Made by a program: the position numbers and the translations under genes. From Lepidodermella squamata (Eukaryota; Animalia; Gastrotricha), in assembly GCA_047495785.1 (NCBI GenBank), contig JBLDXI010000001.1, positions 1,178,001 through 1,242,000 of the forward strand: DNA of 64,000 bases, read 5' to 3'. Positions 23,553 through 35,796 of this stretch are shown here, in pieces (position 1 is the first letter of the stretch; every line of letters begins with the position of its first letter). The notes under the pieces are model-generated. The model had not been told where the DNA came from. It did not search any database and was given only the letters and a program-made list of their open reading frames with translations.

Positions 23553-24567
23553 CTATTCACACGGCGCTACCAGCTCAGCTGGCAAATTGTCGGCGATATA
23601 TTTTTCGAAGTCAGCCAACAGTTGCGGGTCTTTGAAGTGATTGCGCCAGTCGCCAATTTCCCCCTTGCGAATGAACTCGGCGTCTTTCGCCATGATACCA
23701 GCCTTCTTTGCATCTGACCAGTTGTAGCCATCGTTGTTACGCATGCTGGCAAATGAAGTCAGTTCTCTTATTCGTTCAACAGTCGCGTCATCCAATTGTT
23801 TTCCAAGGTGAGCTGCGACCTTTCGAATTGAACCAACATGGTCCTATACAAAACGGGATTGAAGGGTTAGAAATTACAAATAATGTCAGCACCTTTTTCA
23901 TGTCTTCATATCGAAGAATCAGAATATCCTTGCCAGACTTTTGCAGCTCGTGATAGGCTTTCACATGGGTATGATATGGCCCAAACATGAATTTTCCTTG
24001 AATGAATCGCCTAGCGAACTCTTCGAACGTAAGATTGAACGGCCAGTGAGGGTTGTGCATGCCTTTCAAGTGGTGATAGAACGAAACCACAACGTCTTTC
24101 GCATTTCTGTAAATGTAAACCACCTTGCCGTTGAACAGTTCCTTGGGCAACAAACTTGGCTGCAAATGAGTGTTTAGGATTTTTACAACAGGCTTTGCCG
24201 CATAACGCTCAAGAACTGCTGGAATGCTGGGCATCGGTAGCTCTAGCAGCATGCGTTCATCTTTAGGCTGGGTCGTTTCAAAATTTCCGGTTTGAATCAG
24301 ATAAACCATGTAGTGCAGCCAGTGATTTCCTGATTTCGGGAACCCAATAACACAAGCATCTTCTGGTTTTACAGGGAAGTTGTAGAGTTGGGGCCAGTAT
24401 AGCGGCAGGAAGGCTGGTAGCCATTGGCCGCGAAACTGGGCGAGGGGCAGACCATCTTCGCCCTCGCTGTTGCCAAGCGCCTTAAACATAACCGCAAATT
24501 CAGCCATAGATTTCCTCATCATCTCCTCGTTAGGAGCCGGGCTTGAGCTATCAGTTGGCGTAGCCAT
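23553..24567 (-). CDS. Cytosolic sulfotransferase (class A), 2 exons (24567-23893, 23843-23553)
   Basis: GFPKSGNHW, ILNTHL, RNAKD, RKGEIGDW; 49-nt intron 23844-23892. Confidence 0.92.
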
Positions 24568-25487
24568 TATTTTTATTCAGATATATTCGAAAGCCTAAGA
24601 ATCATCGGGTTTAGTAAAGGTTTGTTATCTGAGAAAATTATTATGGTTTTATGGTTAAAATTATTATTATTATTATTATAGAGTATCGATTTCAATATAA
24701 TCAGTGATTCTTCGATATCAGAAATCTTGGGAGCTATTAGAACATTGGAATTCTTTTTACCTAGCTGAAGGTACCAAGTAGCTAAAATAAAATTCCTTAG
24801 GTTTCCGGGGGTATCGACCAAAAATACAACAGCAAAATAATTTTACTGGAGCTAAAAGCAATGATAGCCATTGCTAAAACGCTCAAGCCATTTCTATACG
24901 TGTGAATATAAGAAACACTAGTTATGAAAGAGCGACTTGAAGTAACCAGATACTGGTCTTTTTATGATATTGGCCCGCTGTGAGTTCTTATCAGCGCGCA
25001 CACCCAATTGCCACACCGATACAACACATTTCTCTAATGTACTCAGCTTTTATTGTCATGACCTGTCAATTTGGACACTTTTTGAATATCGATTTTCAAC
25101 CTTGATTTCCGATTTATCTGGCAGATTTCTTTTTTGGAAAAATTCACAAGATCAGGCCAAATCTAAAATTTGTCAAACTTCATCTAATCCATTCTTAGTA
25201 TTTATTTTCTTCATTAGCCAATGATTTTCTGAAAATTTGATGCTTGAATGAAATGAAAGGAAATAAGGAAATATAAGGTATTAGGATGAATATCCATCTA
25301 TTTTTGTATCAGATGTCCGCGGTGGCATGACGTCGAGTTGCAGATTAACCAGCCGTTTGACACGTTTTTAGCGAGAACAATAAAGAAAAAATAAACCGGT
25401 GTACCGCAAACAAGAACAACACAAACAATAGCAGTGGTAAGGAACGATGCTGCGCTAAATTCTTTACAATAAATTTGTGTAAATTTT

Positions 25488-25976
25488 ATGCCAGCCATGG
25501 TCGGTTGGAAATTCCTATTGTATAAATGGAACGCAGCGATTGTCTCATGCTTTCTGATGTTAGCGATCACTAAGGAGTCGAATGCGACAACCGGCTATGA
25601 CTGCGTGAATCCAGCCGGTGTTTACTGCCACCAACACGATCCTCAAGAAATAGCCACCGGCTTGGGCTATGTGCTTTGCAGCTGCGGATTCGGCTGCTAC
25701 GTAACTTTTAGACTCGTTTCTATTAACTTTGTGTATAACTTGTGGCCATATTTGCAGAAGACTGTCTACACAACCGGATCGGCATCATCTGTTCGACGTG
25801 GGTGTCTTCAATCATGTACACCATCGTCAACTACCAATACAATAAATGGCGTCACGACATCGATGGCGAGCTACTGTTGCTTCACTGACTACTGCAATGG
25901 AGTCGGCAAGTTGAACGCGAACTATTGGAAATTAATTACAGCTGCAATTCTCACAATCTTATCGTTCAGCACGTAA
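25488..25976 (+). CDS. Ly6/uPAR three-finger protein, probably GPI-anchored, 2 exons (25488-25700, 25758-25976)
   Basis: Signal peptide, CY|K...RGC, CCFTDYCN signature, hydrophobic C-terminal tail; 57-nt stop-free GT-AG intron 25701-25757. Confidence 0.8.
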   Translation: MPAMVGWKFLLYKWNAAIVSCFLMLAITKESNATTGYDCVNPAGVYCHQHDPQEIATGLGYVLCSCGFGCYVTFRLVSINFVYNLWPYLQKTVYTTGSASSVRRGCLQSCTPSSTTNTINGVTTSMASYCCFTDYCNGVGKLNANYWKLITAAILTILSFST

Positions 25977-26193
25977 TAAATTATTGCATTGGTTTAACGA
26001 TTTGAAAACAAATTATAAAAGTCCGACAGGGCCATAAATTTGTGCGGGAAATCGAGACGTGGGGATTTTCATTATCTGTTTGTGTCAGTAAGAAGGTGAT
26101 GAGCTATAGAACAATAGACAAATGAAAGAGGTTGACCAGGAAATCAGTCACAGCAGACATGTCGCGGCGTTAGAGGCGCTATTCAACAAATGA

Positions 26194-27243
26194 TTATTGA
26201 GTCTCATAAATAAGATGCTGCGGCAAGTTATCATGAATGTAAGCTTCAAAGTCAGCCAGCAATTTCGCATCCGTGAAGTGATTCCGCCAATCACCGATAA
26301 CGCCTTTACGCACAAAATCAGTTCCAGACCAGTTACCTTCCTTGACAAGCCAAGAATAATTCGCAGCGTCATTATTCCGCATCGCATCAACCGTGGTTTC
26401 TTCGTAAATTCGCTCGACCACTTCGTCCGGTAGGTTTCTTCCTAAGAATTTAGCAATTTTCCGAATAGCACCACGCGTGTCTGATTTCAAGTCCTCGTAT
26501 CTCAGCATGAGTAGCCAGTCAGGATTCGACTGCTGAAGCTGGTCGTAGCTCATCAGCGATTTATGATATGGCCCAAAAGGCACTATATTCAAGTGAAAAT
26601 ATACCCACAATTCCTTGAGATTGAAACTAATAATCACCTTTTCCGGCCATGAAATCCCTTGCAAATTTTTCGAAAGGTTTGTTGAAAATAATGCCACCTG
26701 TTTTTGAGCTTTTCATATGGTAGTACAATGATACTACAACATCTTTAGCGTTACGATAGACATAAATTAGTCGGCCTTTGTTCATCGCCTTGGGAAGGAA
26801 ACAAGCTGGCAGGTGAGTTTTCAGGAGACGTGGCTTTGGTCTACGGGCCAATTCGTCTAGAGCCTCATTAGTTGGCGGTCTCGGGTATTCGATAAAGGGT
26901 GCCCGGAGGTCGACCGCAATCTCATGAGCTCCTTTGAAATCTTCTGTCGCTATTAAATAGGCCATATGCTGCATCCAAGTTGTTCCTATGTTTTAGCATG
27001 AAAGGGCTCATCTTTTGGACTTCTGGACGCAGGTAACTAACCTGATTTCGGGAACGTTGAAATTACAATATCTCCCTCTTCGATCGGGAAATCGTGAATC
27101 TGCGGCCAATAAACAGGAAAAAATGTGAACATATTGAAACCGCCGTAAATCGTTGTCGGCGGTCCGGCATTGGTTGGGCTTAGGACGCTATACAACTTGA
27201 CGAGTTCAGATTTCGTCTCTGGTAATTGCTGATTTCGATACAT
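26194..27243 (-). CDS. Cytosolic sulfotransferase (class B), 3 exons (27243-27042, 26985-26638, 26582-26194)
   Basis: Paralog of 18371-19426 with the same two intron positions (26986-27041, 26583-26637); RLLKTHL, RKGVIGDW. Confidence 0.92.
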
Positions 27244-28465
27244 TATACTGAGGGATAGCGAGTTGGCTTGTGATACTTCTTTATGTATGCAGGTTTATTT
27301 ATGAGTTGAAGCAGCCCAATTAATGATAGCGGTGGTTTATCTGCTATCAGCTCAACTCTTCGTAAGTGTTGAAGTTCTGCTATCTTGCTTCAAACTTTTT
27401 ATCTCGCTTTGGGGAACTAGGGCAGTGAGCAATCGCCCTCAGAGCAGCGGGCGACTTTGAAAACGTGGCGGAACAGTAGCCCTCATGAGTGAAATTCCGA
27501 TTCCGAGCTAAAATTGAGCAACAATTAAGGAAATTGAAGACTTTTTCAGTTTTAGCCACAATTTTAGTAGCCTCTCATGTGAGGCCTCAATCAAATAATT
27601 TTCCGATTATTACTTTAGTTGTTAGGTAGTTCTCCTCTTCGATTCCAGGCAACACAAGTATTGGAAACTCGAGTTTCCGAATTTCGTGGAAAAATGAACA
27701 AATCTGCGGGTTTGCCTTTTATTGTCATTGCCGTGAATTCCTAGATGGAATTGTTGCCTAAAATCTCGACGGCTAACGATCGGCTGAATTGCTAATCGTA
27801 AATATCGGTTGTAGCATCAATTGCCAAGGAAAGTCTCGGCGGAAACTTTGGCGAATGGCTGTCTTCTTCGACCCACATTTAGGGTATTCGTCATTTGGCA
27901 AATAGTAAAATTCCAACACAAAAGATGTAAATCTTAATATTAAAACTTCCCCTCTTCTGCTTTACCCGGCCGCACCTGAGAAACTGGAAAAGGTGAATGG
28001 CACGCGGTGATTTAATAATTATTTCATTTAGCTTTCCCGCTGATCAGTTCATATAGGTGAAAACTTTTCCATTCATCGTCCATATTCGGAAAAGTGTAAA
28101 TTTGCAAGTTTTGTTACGTAACAATGAACGTACCGATAAGAGCCAAATTTTACCTGGCGTTAGCCATATCTAAGAGCTACCCGTGGTAGAAAAAGTGGCC
28201 GGCTAGGATCACCCATTTAAATGTTTTCAAGACTCAAAGTTTGCACTTTTCTTTCGATCACAACCCTGTATAGGGCTGAAACTGGTTCAAAAATATTTTT
28301 CCACGTAATTGGATTCTGTAAGGAAGATGCAATGTTGCGTAACATGTAACAGTGTTGCAAACGATTTCGCCGATGTCATTGTTCCCTGTTGCAATCAAGA
28401 TCGCTGCTGAAATTCAGTCATTCATTTTACTCTCGAAAACCACTACAACTCAAACTATCGATAAT

Positions 28466-28729
28466 ATGGAAGCAGCGAAAGCTATTTACGAAAACTGGAC
28501 GTCCGACTCAGCGAAGTTGAACATCCCGCAAGTCGACAGCGTCAGCAGTGGCAACTACGTCTTGACTGCGGGCGCCGATCATTACAACGATCACCCGGCT
28601 AAGGAGCAAATCGAGAAAATACTCGACGGGACGCTGACGGTGGGCGCGGTCGAAGTCAGCCCGAGGCCTGCTGACGACAGCAAAATCCAACTCCAGCGCC
28701 ACGAGCATCATCATGCCAATTCAATGTGA
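28466..28729 (+). CDS. Small hydrophilic protein of unknown function (~87 aa)
   Basis: ATG after an A-rich leader; GC-ending codon bias against AT-rich flanks; shares motifs with the next ORF. Confidence 0.6.
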   Translation: MEAAKAIYENWTSDSAKLNIPQVDSVSSGNYVLTAGADHYNDHPAKEQIEKILDGTLTVGAVEVSPRPADDSKIQLQRHEHHHANSM

Positions 28730-28836
28730 AAAAAGCTCGAGAATCATCTGGCAAACTTCAATTTCAATCATAAAATTTAAGGAGGATTTCTAGTAAATTT
28801 TAAACATTTTCATTTTAGTGTGATTTCATTAAAATA

Positions 28837-29274
28837 ATGTCTGACGCGTTGAAGCAAGGCTCAAGGAACGTAACGTCGAACCTCGCACCGATTCGAGGCG
28901 CCGTCAAGCAAGAACGGTTATATCACGAACAGCCTGTTATTGACGCGCCGCGTGGCAGCGACGAAAATGTAAGCAGCGTCTACTCGCCTGGTGATGATGC
29001 TTACCTGGTCGAGGGCCAGCCGGTCAATTTCGAGGGCAACGGGAACGCGGAAGGCAAGAGGCATGTTACTACGTCGGCTATCAAGGGTGACCTGAATGAC
29101 AACCCGGCCAGCAGTCGAATTGGACCCGTTCATGGCGTTCATGGGGTTGTTGATAGCAACAAGCCACATGCTTCAGAACATGATTCAGCCTTTGCCGAGG
29201 CTGTTCGATCGATCGCTTTTTCTGAGGATGACAAGCTATCTGTGGAGGATGCTATGACAGTCGTCGATGATTAA
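28837..29274 (+). CDS. Small acidic, probably disordered protein of unknown function (145 aa)
   Basis: Coding-like composition; AATAAA downstream (~29373, ~29390); motifs shared with 28466-28729. Confidence 0.65.
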   Translation: MSDALKQGSRNVTSNLAPIRGAVKQERLYHEQPVIDAPRGSDENVSSVYSPGDDAYLVEGQPVNFEGNGNAEGKRHVTTSAIKGDLNDNPASSRIGPVHGVHGVVDSNKPHASEHDSAFAEAVRSIAFSEDDKLSVEDAMTVVDD

Positions 29275-29397
29275 CACGAATTTATTCACCATTTTTTTCT
29301 AATCGATTTTTATTTCTCTTTTATTTCTCAAAAATACATGAATATCACTGTGAATTTTCAAGACGAATTGCTAATAAATACTTTCCCTTCAATAAAA

Positions 29398-31032
29398 CTA
29401 AGCAATGCTATTATCGCTCTTTTTCGGAGAATTTCGAGGTTTAAGTTCGATGCTGGTCGTCGCCGAATTGAGCTCGTCTTCGATGGTTCGGTTGTAGGAG
29501 GGCTTGAACAGCAGCAGTACAGGTATTATTGATAGCTCAGCGATGAGTAACGACCAAGTTGGCCAGTCGGTGCCGAGTTCGCGAAACATGTAAACGAAGA
29601 AATACAGCCACGATATTGCACAACTCGCCAATCTGAAATGAAGAAGCACAAAAAAATCAGAATTATTTTAAACTCTTTTGAAAAAAATTCGAATTTCCGG
29701 TTTTTTCCGGTTTTCGACAACACATCTAATTTTTCTGAATTTTCCTTAAATTTTTTAAATTTTGTCTAAAAGCTGGAAAATAATTCAAATCTCTTAATTT
29801 TCGGATTTTTTTAAAATTTACGTGAATAGTCCGGAAACGACGGATTCAGCGACAGGATAACTGGCTTCGCAGGCCATTTCCCACCATAGCGGCTCGGCCG
29901 CCGTGTAGCACGCAGCCGAGACAACTAAAGACACCCATATCACAGTTTTGGTGAAGAAAGCCCTCGCGAAAAACGCCGGCACGACTGAAAGACCGAACGC
30001 CAAGGTGCCGAAGAGAAGGCAGCAGGTCGACACTGCTTTCGGGTGCTTATCGATAACAGGCTTAGCGATTAGCAACAAAGCAGGCGCGGCTACGATACAC
30101 GTGACACAAACGGCGAAACCAACCCATCCAGCTTCCATTTCATCCATAGCCGGCGAGACGAAGATCGTGAGAACTTGGTGCCAAGACGCGTAAACCGCCG
30201 ATGATATCGCGTAGACGAGCATTATCAACCAAACCTGGCCGTTTTTTAGCAGCCGTCTCACCGAATTGAAGAAAGGAACCCGCTCGACCGAGGCGGTATA
30301 GGACGGCGGCGATAACGGCCGGGATGGGAAGTAAATAACAGCCAGGGTTAGCAAGATCAAAGTGTAGACGAAATGAGCGAAAATCAAGCACCGAACCGCG
30401 TATCGCAGACTGGCCGGGTCTTTATCGAGGCCTAACTCGGCCGGGGCGAGATAGCTGACCAAATTAGGCCCAATAAGGAAACTCGCTGCCTGGCCAATTT
30501 CCGTCGCTGCTAGCCCTATCGAAGTCGCGAGGGACCTTTCTTCAAGTGGAAACCAGTGAGCGCTGATGTAGGTACATCCTATCCATGGTATAGGCGAGGC
30601 GAGTCCGTTGAAAAAATGACCTATATGAATGAAGACCTTTTGAGACATTGGGTCTTCTCCGAAAGAAAAACACCGAACTCCGGCGCCTATCGCCGAAAAA
30701 ATTGCGGTGGCTATCTCAGCAGATCTAAGTCCTTTATGTTGAATCAGCCACATGAACGGGAAAATCGAGATGAAATAGCAGATGTTGTACCAGTTTGGTA
30801 GCAGGGCGAAATCAGTTTGGTTGAGATTGAAAGCGATTTTAGCCGACTCTTCAATCGGGCCCCAAGTGCTGTAGACCATAACTTGGCCGAGTCCGATGAA
30901 AGTATGCAGAGCCAGTACGTACCATCTGGTCGGGTAGACCTTGAATTTCTTCTTTTCGACGCCGGGATTCTGCTCTTCATCACTGCCGAGCTTCGTGTAC
31001 CGATGTGTTGACGATGTGATATCGACCACCAT
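29398..31032 (-). CDS. MFS transporter, SLC49A4/DIRC2 (FLVCR family)-like, 2 exons (31032-29822, 29632-29398)
   Basis: KVYPTRWYVL, STWGPI, HWFPLEERSLATSI, PLSPPSYTASVER, EMACEASYPVAE; ~12 TM; intron 29633-29821. Confidence 0.88.
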
Positions 31033-31307
31033 TTTTAGCCCTATTCGATGTTCGAATAAGTAGCGGCATTAAGCGTAAAATTTGTCTACACCAAAATGAA
31101 AAACACGATAAGCTTAATAAGAATTTTATCAATTTTTTTTCCTCTACTCGATAAGGCGTGAGATTATTTACACCCCATTCAGTGCGTGTGTGATTTCGCA
31201 ATTATTTTTCCACTACTATGTTTATTCAAGTCACGCGCGTGTGTAAAATTCCGATTTTTTCGCAATATAAATAATAATGAAAAAAATGTATGTAGCTCTA
31301 TAGTCAT

Positions 31308-33206
31308 TCAAGGGTCTTCAGTCATGTCGGAAGTAGCAACAGCTTGTATTGGTCTTAGTTCAATGGCTGCCGTAGCTTGCTCAGCCGCATTGCGCTGATC
31401 TTCCAGTGTGCGCTTAAATGACGGCTTATAAAACAGAAATATTGGGATTATGACGCATTCGGCTATCAACATGGTCCATGTAGCCCAGTCTGTGCCAATT
31501 TCCGGGAACATGTATAGGAAAAAATAAATCCACGAGATGAAACAGCTTGCCAAGCTGTAAAAAAATGAAAATTACTAGCCTCATACTAAATTGCGGAAGA
31601 GAAATTAAAAATTCAGAATATCTTTCAGCGGAACCAAATTTGCTGTAGCGGAACCAAAAATGCCGTAGCGGAACCAAAGTCGAAATATGCTAAGGGTCAT
31701 TTTTATAATAATTCTACGAATTTTAGGCTAAGCCTGAATTCTAAATTAAACACTCTGTCTCATAGAGAATTTTGCGCTGAATTTACTGGTGACTATTGTA
31801 GAATTATTGTGGCCAATCTTGACCCGCAAGAAATATCCGAAAAACGATTTCAGGCCACTAGAAAATTCCTAAATTTGGTTCCGCTCACCGTAAATTTGGT
31901 TCCGCTAAAAGGAGGATCCTTAAAAATTCCTCCTTAAAATATTTGCTTACGTGAATACTCCAGAAACAACTGACTCAGCAACCGGGTAACTCGCCTCGCA
32001 AGCCATTTCCCACCACATAGGCTCGACTGACGTGAAAAAAGCAGCAGAAACCACCAAAGCGACCCAAATTAGGGCTTTTGTAAAGAGACTGGGGATGAAA
32101 TACCGTGCAATAACCATTGACCCAAATAAAGCGCAACCTATCACCATGCAAATGGTGCAAACCAGCTTGGGGTGCTTATCAATAATCGGTTTCGCGGTAA
32201 CCATCAACAATGGAGCGGCGAATATGCCGACAACGCTAACGGCAAAACCGACCCAGCCAGCCTCGACTTCGTTCATAGCTGGCGAAACGAATAGGGTTAA
32301 AACCTGGTGCCAGGCCGAGTACACTGCAGACGAAACCGCATAGACGACCATTGTCAGCCAAACTTGTTTATGACTCAATAATTCCTTTACCGATCTAAGA
32401 AAAGGTACTCGCTCAACCGATGCGGTATAGGATGGCGGGGTTGGCGGGAAAGGAGGTAGGTAAATGATCGCAAGTACCAGAATAATTTGAGCATAAACTG
32501 CCTCGAAATAGAGAAGTTTTCGAATAGCTAATCTCGACTCGTCCACAGTCACAGAATCTGAATCAACAGGAGCGAAGAAGTTGACAATCATAGGCCCCAC
32601 CATGAAACTAGCAGCTTGACCGAGCTGGGTACCGGTCAGTCCTATCGAGGTAGCTAGAGATCGTTCGTGAATAGGAAACCAAAACGCGCTGATAAACGTG
32701 CATCCGATCCAAGGTATCGAAGACGCAAGGCCGTTTATTATGTGAGCGATATGAATTATGACTCGATCGCCCAATTCATCGCCGACGCTTAGACACCGAA
32801 TCGAAGCAGCGACAGCTACAATACCAGCAGTGATAACCTCGGCAAATCTCAATCCTTTCTCTTGAATCAACCACATGAACGGAAATACTGAGAAGAAGTA
32901 GCAGACGTTGTACCAATTTGGTAGCCAGGCGAAGTCAAACTGCGTGAATCCCAACGCCTTCGTTGCTGTTTCCTCGATAGGACCCCAGGTGCTGTAGACC
33001 ATCACCTGTCCTAGTCCGATCATAGTATGTAGGCCTAGAATGTACCATCGCGTCCAGTAGGACTTGAATTCAGTCGGTTTTCCGGTTCTCCCCAACTCGT
33101 CATCGATTTCACAGTCTTGACTAATCAAGTCTTCCTTGCTGCTCGTTCTATACATGCCGGTAATAATGGGCTCCGATTCGTCAGGTTTCTCATCAGCTGT
33201 GCCCAT
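31308..33206 (-). CDS. MFS transporter, SLC49A4/DIRC2-like, tandem paralog, 2 exons (33206-31951, 31554-31308)
   Basis: Same motifs and intron position; intron 31555-31950. Confidence 0.88.
31610..31912. mobile_element. Intronic non-autonomous element with AGCGGAACCAAA subterminal repeats in inverted orientation
   Basis: Three agcggaaccaaa at 31627-31678 and two tttggttccgct at 31874-31906; related sequence at ~39998-40210 and ~44740-44900. Confidence 0.65.
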
Positions 33207-33638
33207 TTCATCGTTATCAAAGTCGGTTATTATTGCCCTCTTTTGTTAAACAAAAAATAATCACCCTTAGCGAAACAATATTCATGGCACTTGCAGCAGG
33301 GTACAAGGTTCGAACACAGGTTTATCAGCAGAAAGGCGAAATATCTTATGATGCTGCGATAGCGCCCTCACGTTTTCTGATAACGTCCATACTACAACCC
33401 CAGCATTCAGCTTGGGACTAGTTGATTTCACACAAATTGCGTTGCCAATTTCTAATTTGACCTAGATTCTCCAACAAAATTATTTTATGACTTCTTCCTC
33501 ATAAAAGCGATCGTAATAAAGCGTGGGGTCATTAATTATACTCATCGATGATGTGCATTTATTTTTGAGCTAAAATCACACAAGATAAAATCAGTCAAAA
33601 GCTGCCACAAAAAATATCCGACTTTGATTTCGCATTAT

Positions 33639-34707
33639 TCATTCGTTCTGCTCAAATTTGATAGGCAGGCCCTCCATAGATTTTTCAACGTAAGCGTTGA
33701 AACGAGCGAGAAGTTCAGGCGAAAAGTACGCTTTCCAGCCTCCAATCTGGCCTTTTCGCACGAAGCTGCCCGGCTTGCGGCCGACCAACTTGGCCATATC
33801 AAGCAGCCAGCTGTAGTTGTTCGAGTCGTTTTTCTTCATCGCCTCAAACGAAGTTGCTTCGACGACTTTTTTGATGAAGTCATCGTCGGTATTTTTGCCG
33901 AGAAATTGCGCGACTTTTTTAATGCTGCCGAATGCGTCGTGTTTGAGCTCTTCGTAAGAAATCATCATGATAGGCTTGCCAGCTTTTTGTAGCTCGTAAA
34001 ATTCGCGAAGGTGGGTATGCCAGGGGCCGAAAAATACTAAGGAAAAATATCAAATTAAGGCTGATTGATGGAAATCGATTGAATACCATGCTTTCCAGCA
34101 ATCAAATGTTCGACAACCTCTTCGAAGGTTCCGTCATACATATGGGGTGGCATATCATGGAAGTGATGGAACAGCGAAACCGCCATGTCCCACGGATTTC
34201 TGTAGACATAGATGACTTTAGAATTGAAGAGCTTGTACGGCAGAAATGAAGGTGTTAGGTGGCTTTTGAACATTCGAGGGGCCGGTCTAGCGGCAAATGC
34301 GTCAATATTTTCCGGTTTTGGCGGGTATGGCGTTGGAACTTCAAGCTCAGGAACACGCTCGTCGATGTGAATAGACGAGCCACCCTCGAAATCCTCAGTT
34401 ACTAACAGATAAACGATGTGCTGCATCCAAGTCGTTCCTATAAAATAAAGAAATTCAGCAAAATTAAGGAGGCTAATTTGAGATTCCTATTACCACATTT
34501 CGGGAACGAGCATACAAAAACGTCGCTTGGTTCGACAGGAAAGTTGCGTATTTTATCGAGAAATTTAGGCAATCCAATGCTGAGTGTTCGACCGCAGATT
34601 TCAACGCAAGGCCAGCCGAAAGGATTGTCGCCCATGTAATCGCCCAGCGTGCCGAAAAAATGGCGCCTAAAGGCCGCCTTCTTCTCATCGCGCGGCATTT
34701 CCTCCAT
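33639..34707 (-). CDS. Cytosolic sulfotransferase (divergent, class B intron pattern), 3 exons (34707-34494, 34437-34087, 34036-33639)
   Basis: SFPKCG|TTW, RMFKSHL, RNPWDMAVSL, GKH|VFFGPW, RKGQIGGW; introns 34438-34493 and 34037-34086. Confidence 0.9.
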
Positions 34708-35154
34708 TTTTTGACAATTTTATTTCGCGTAGTAGTCGTACTGGTGAAGAGGAAAAATGTTGTGCTGCTTCCCGTGGGTTTTAGTAAGAATTGGCTGGGA
34801 CTGCTAAATTCGTGCTCCTCTGGAGCTGGCTATCTGCGTGTTTTTCATGCCGGGCGCTTATCTACACAAAACAACAACCACAAACATAGTTTCAAGCTCG
34901 AGAGATTAGATAATTAGGTCATTTATTATTATGACAGGACAGTAAATCCACCTGAATATTAATGAAGGCAATCAGCGAAACGATGAAATGATATAATAAA
35001 AAATGGCGTCGAAGTCGATTTCGATTTGATCTCCGTTTGGAGAAGCTAGGGGCAGGAAAAATCTATGAATAAATAATCAAACAATATGCTTCCCCCTTTC
35101 ATTTGCAGCGTTTCAAACTACGCAATTTTGACGTGTAGATAAAGTCAAGGTAAA

Positions 35155-35691
35155 ATGATATCTGGGAAATATAGGCTATTTCTACTTTTATTCTGTCTTT
35201 TGATATCCGCTGATTTCTCGAAAAGCCAAGCCGCTTACGGCATTTGTCAGGGTGGTTGCGCAACTTTAGTGGTTGCGTGTTATGGTGGTTTGGGCATCCC
35301 TTTCGGAACAGTTACCGTAGGCGCAGGAACGCCAGCTGCAATAATAGCCTGCAACGTTGCTTTTGGAAAATGTCAGGCAGCCTGTTTTGCCGCTTTAGCT
35401 GCTGATGCAGCCATTATTGGCGGAGCTAACTGGTATCTGGGTCCGCTGGCCGCAGGTGCGGTGGTGGCAGTATCAGCTGGAACCCTCGTTTACTATTGGG
35501 GCACGGACGGCGTTATCCTGTTCAAGGACGCGGCTGTTTGTTACTGGAATGCTGGAAAAACTTTCGGCTTCTCTGGACATGAAGGCGATGTCAAAGTGAC
35601 ACAATGCAACGAGGCATTGGGAAATGGACTCGCCAAGCTGTTCGATAAATCCACGGCGGTTGAAAAGAAGGGAAACGATCGAGGCCTATAG
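35155..35691 (+). CDS. Secreted/membrane Cys-rich small protein (YGICQxGC...ACY...CNxAFGxCQAAC family), intronless
   Basis: Signal peptide; AYGICQGGCATLVVACY...FGTVTVGAGTPAAIIACNVAFGKCQAAC, recalled from fungal/oomycete Cys-rich proteins and algal zygote-specific proteins; extra hydrophobic segment. Confidence 0.75.
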   Translation: MISGKYRLFLLLFCLLISADFSKSQAAYGICQGGCATLVVACYGGLGIPFGTVTVGAGTPAAIIACNVAFGKCQAACFAALAADAAIIGGANWYLGPLAAGAVVAVSAGTLVYYWGTDGVILFKDAAVCYWNAGKTFGFSGHEGDVKVTQCNEALGNGLAKLFDKSTAVEKKGNDRGL

Positions 35692-35796
35692 ACGTCAGAC
35701 ATTCATTCTCTTTGTCATCAATTTTTGTGAATTTCGCCAATAATTTATTTCACTGGAAAATGAAATTATAATATTCAACAAGTTAAATGCCTTTTC

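Noticed and set aside
4415-26433. Recurrent plus-strand ORFs (MIAPVADFALANK...) opposite sulfotransferase exons
   Set aside because: Their similarity simply mirrors the conserved sense-strand coding; starts and lengths are inconsistent.
27600-27900. Possible coding remnant on the minus strand
   Set aside because: Multiple stops and no recognisable motif; cannot be supported without a search.
28766-28790. AAGGAGG as a Shine-Dalgarno site (also ~31909, ~34465, ~56656)
   Set aside because: Eukaryotic context, wrong spacing to any start, and it recurs in AT-rich introns and spacers, probably as repeat fragments.
34708-34848. N-terminal extension of the last sulfotransferase by stop-codon readthrough or an alternative code
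   Set aside because: Two in-frame stops intervene, there is no homology to paralogs, and TAA/TAG terminate other genes normally.
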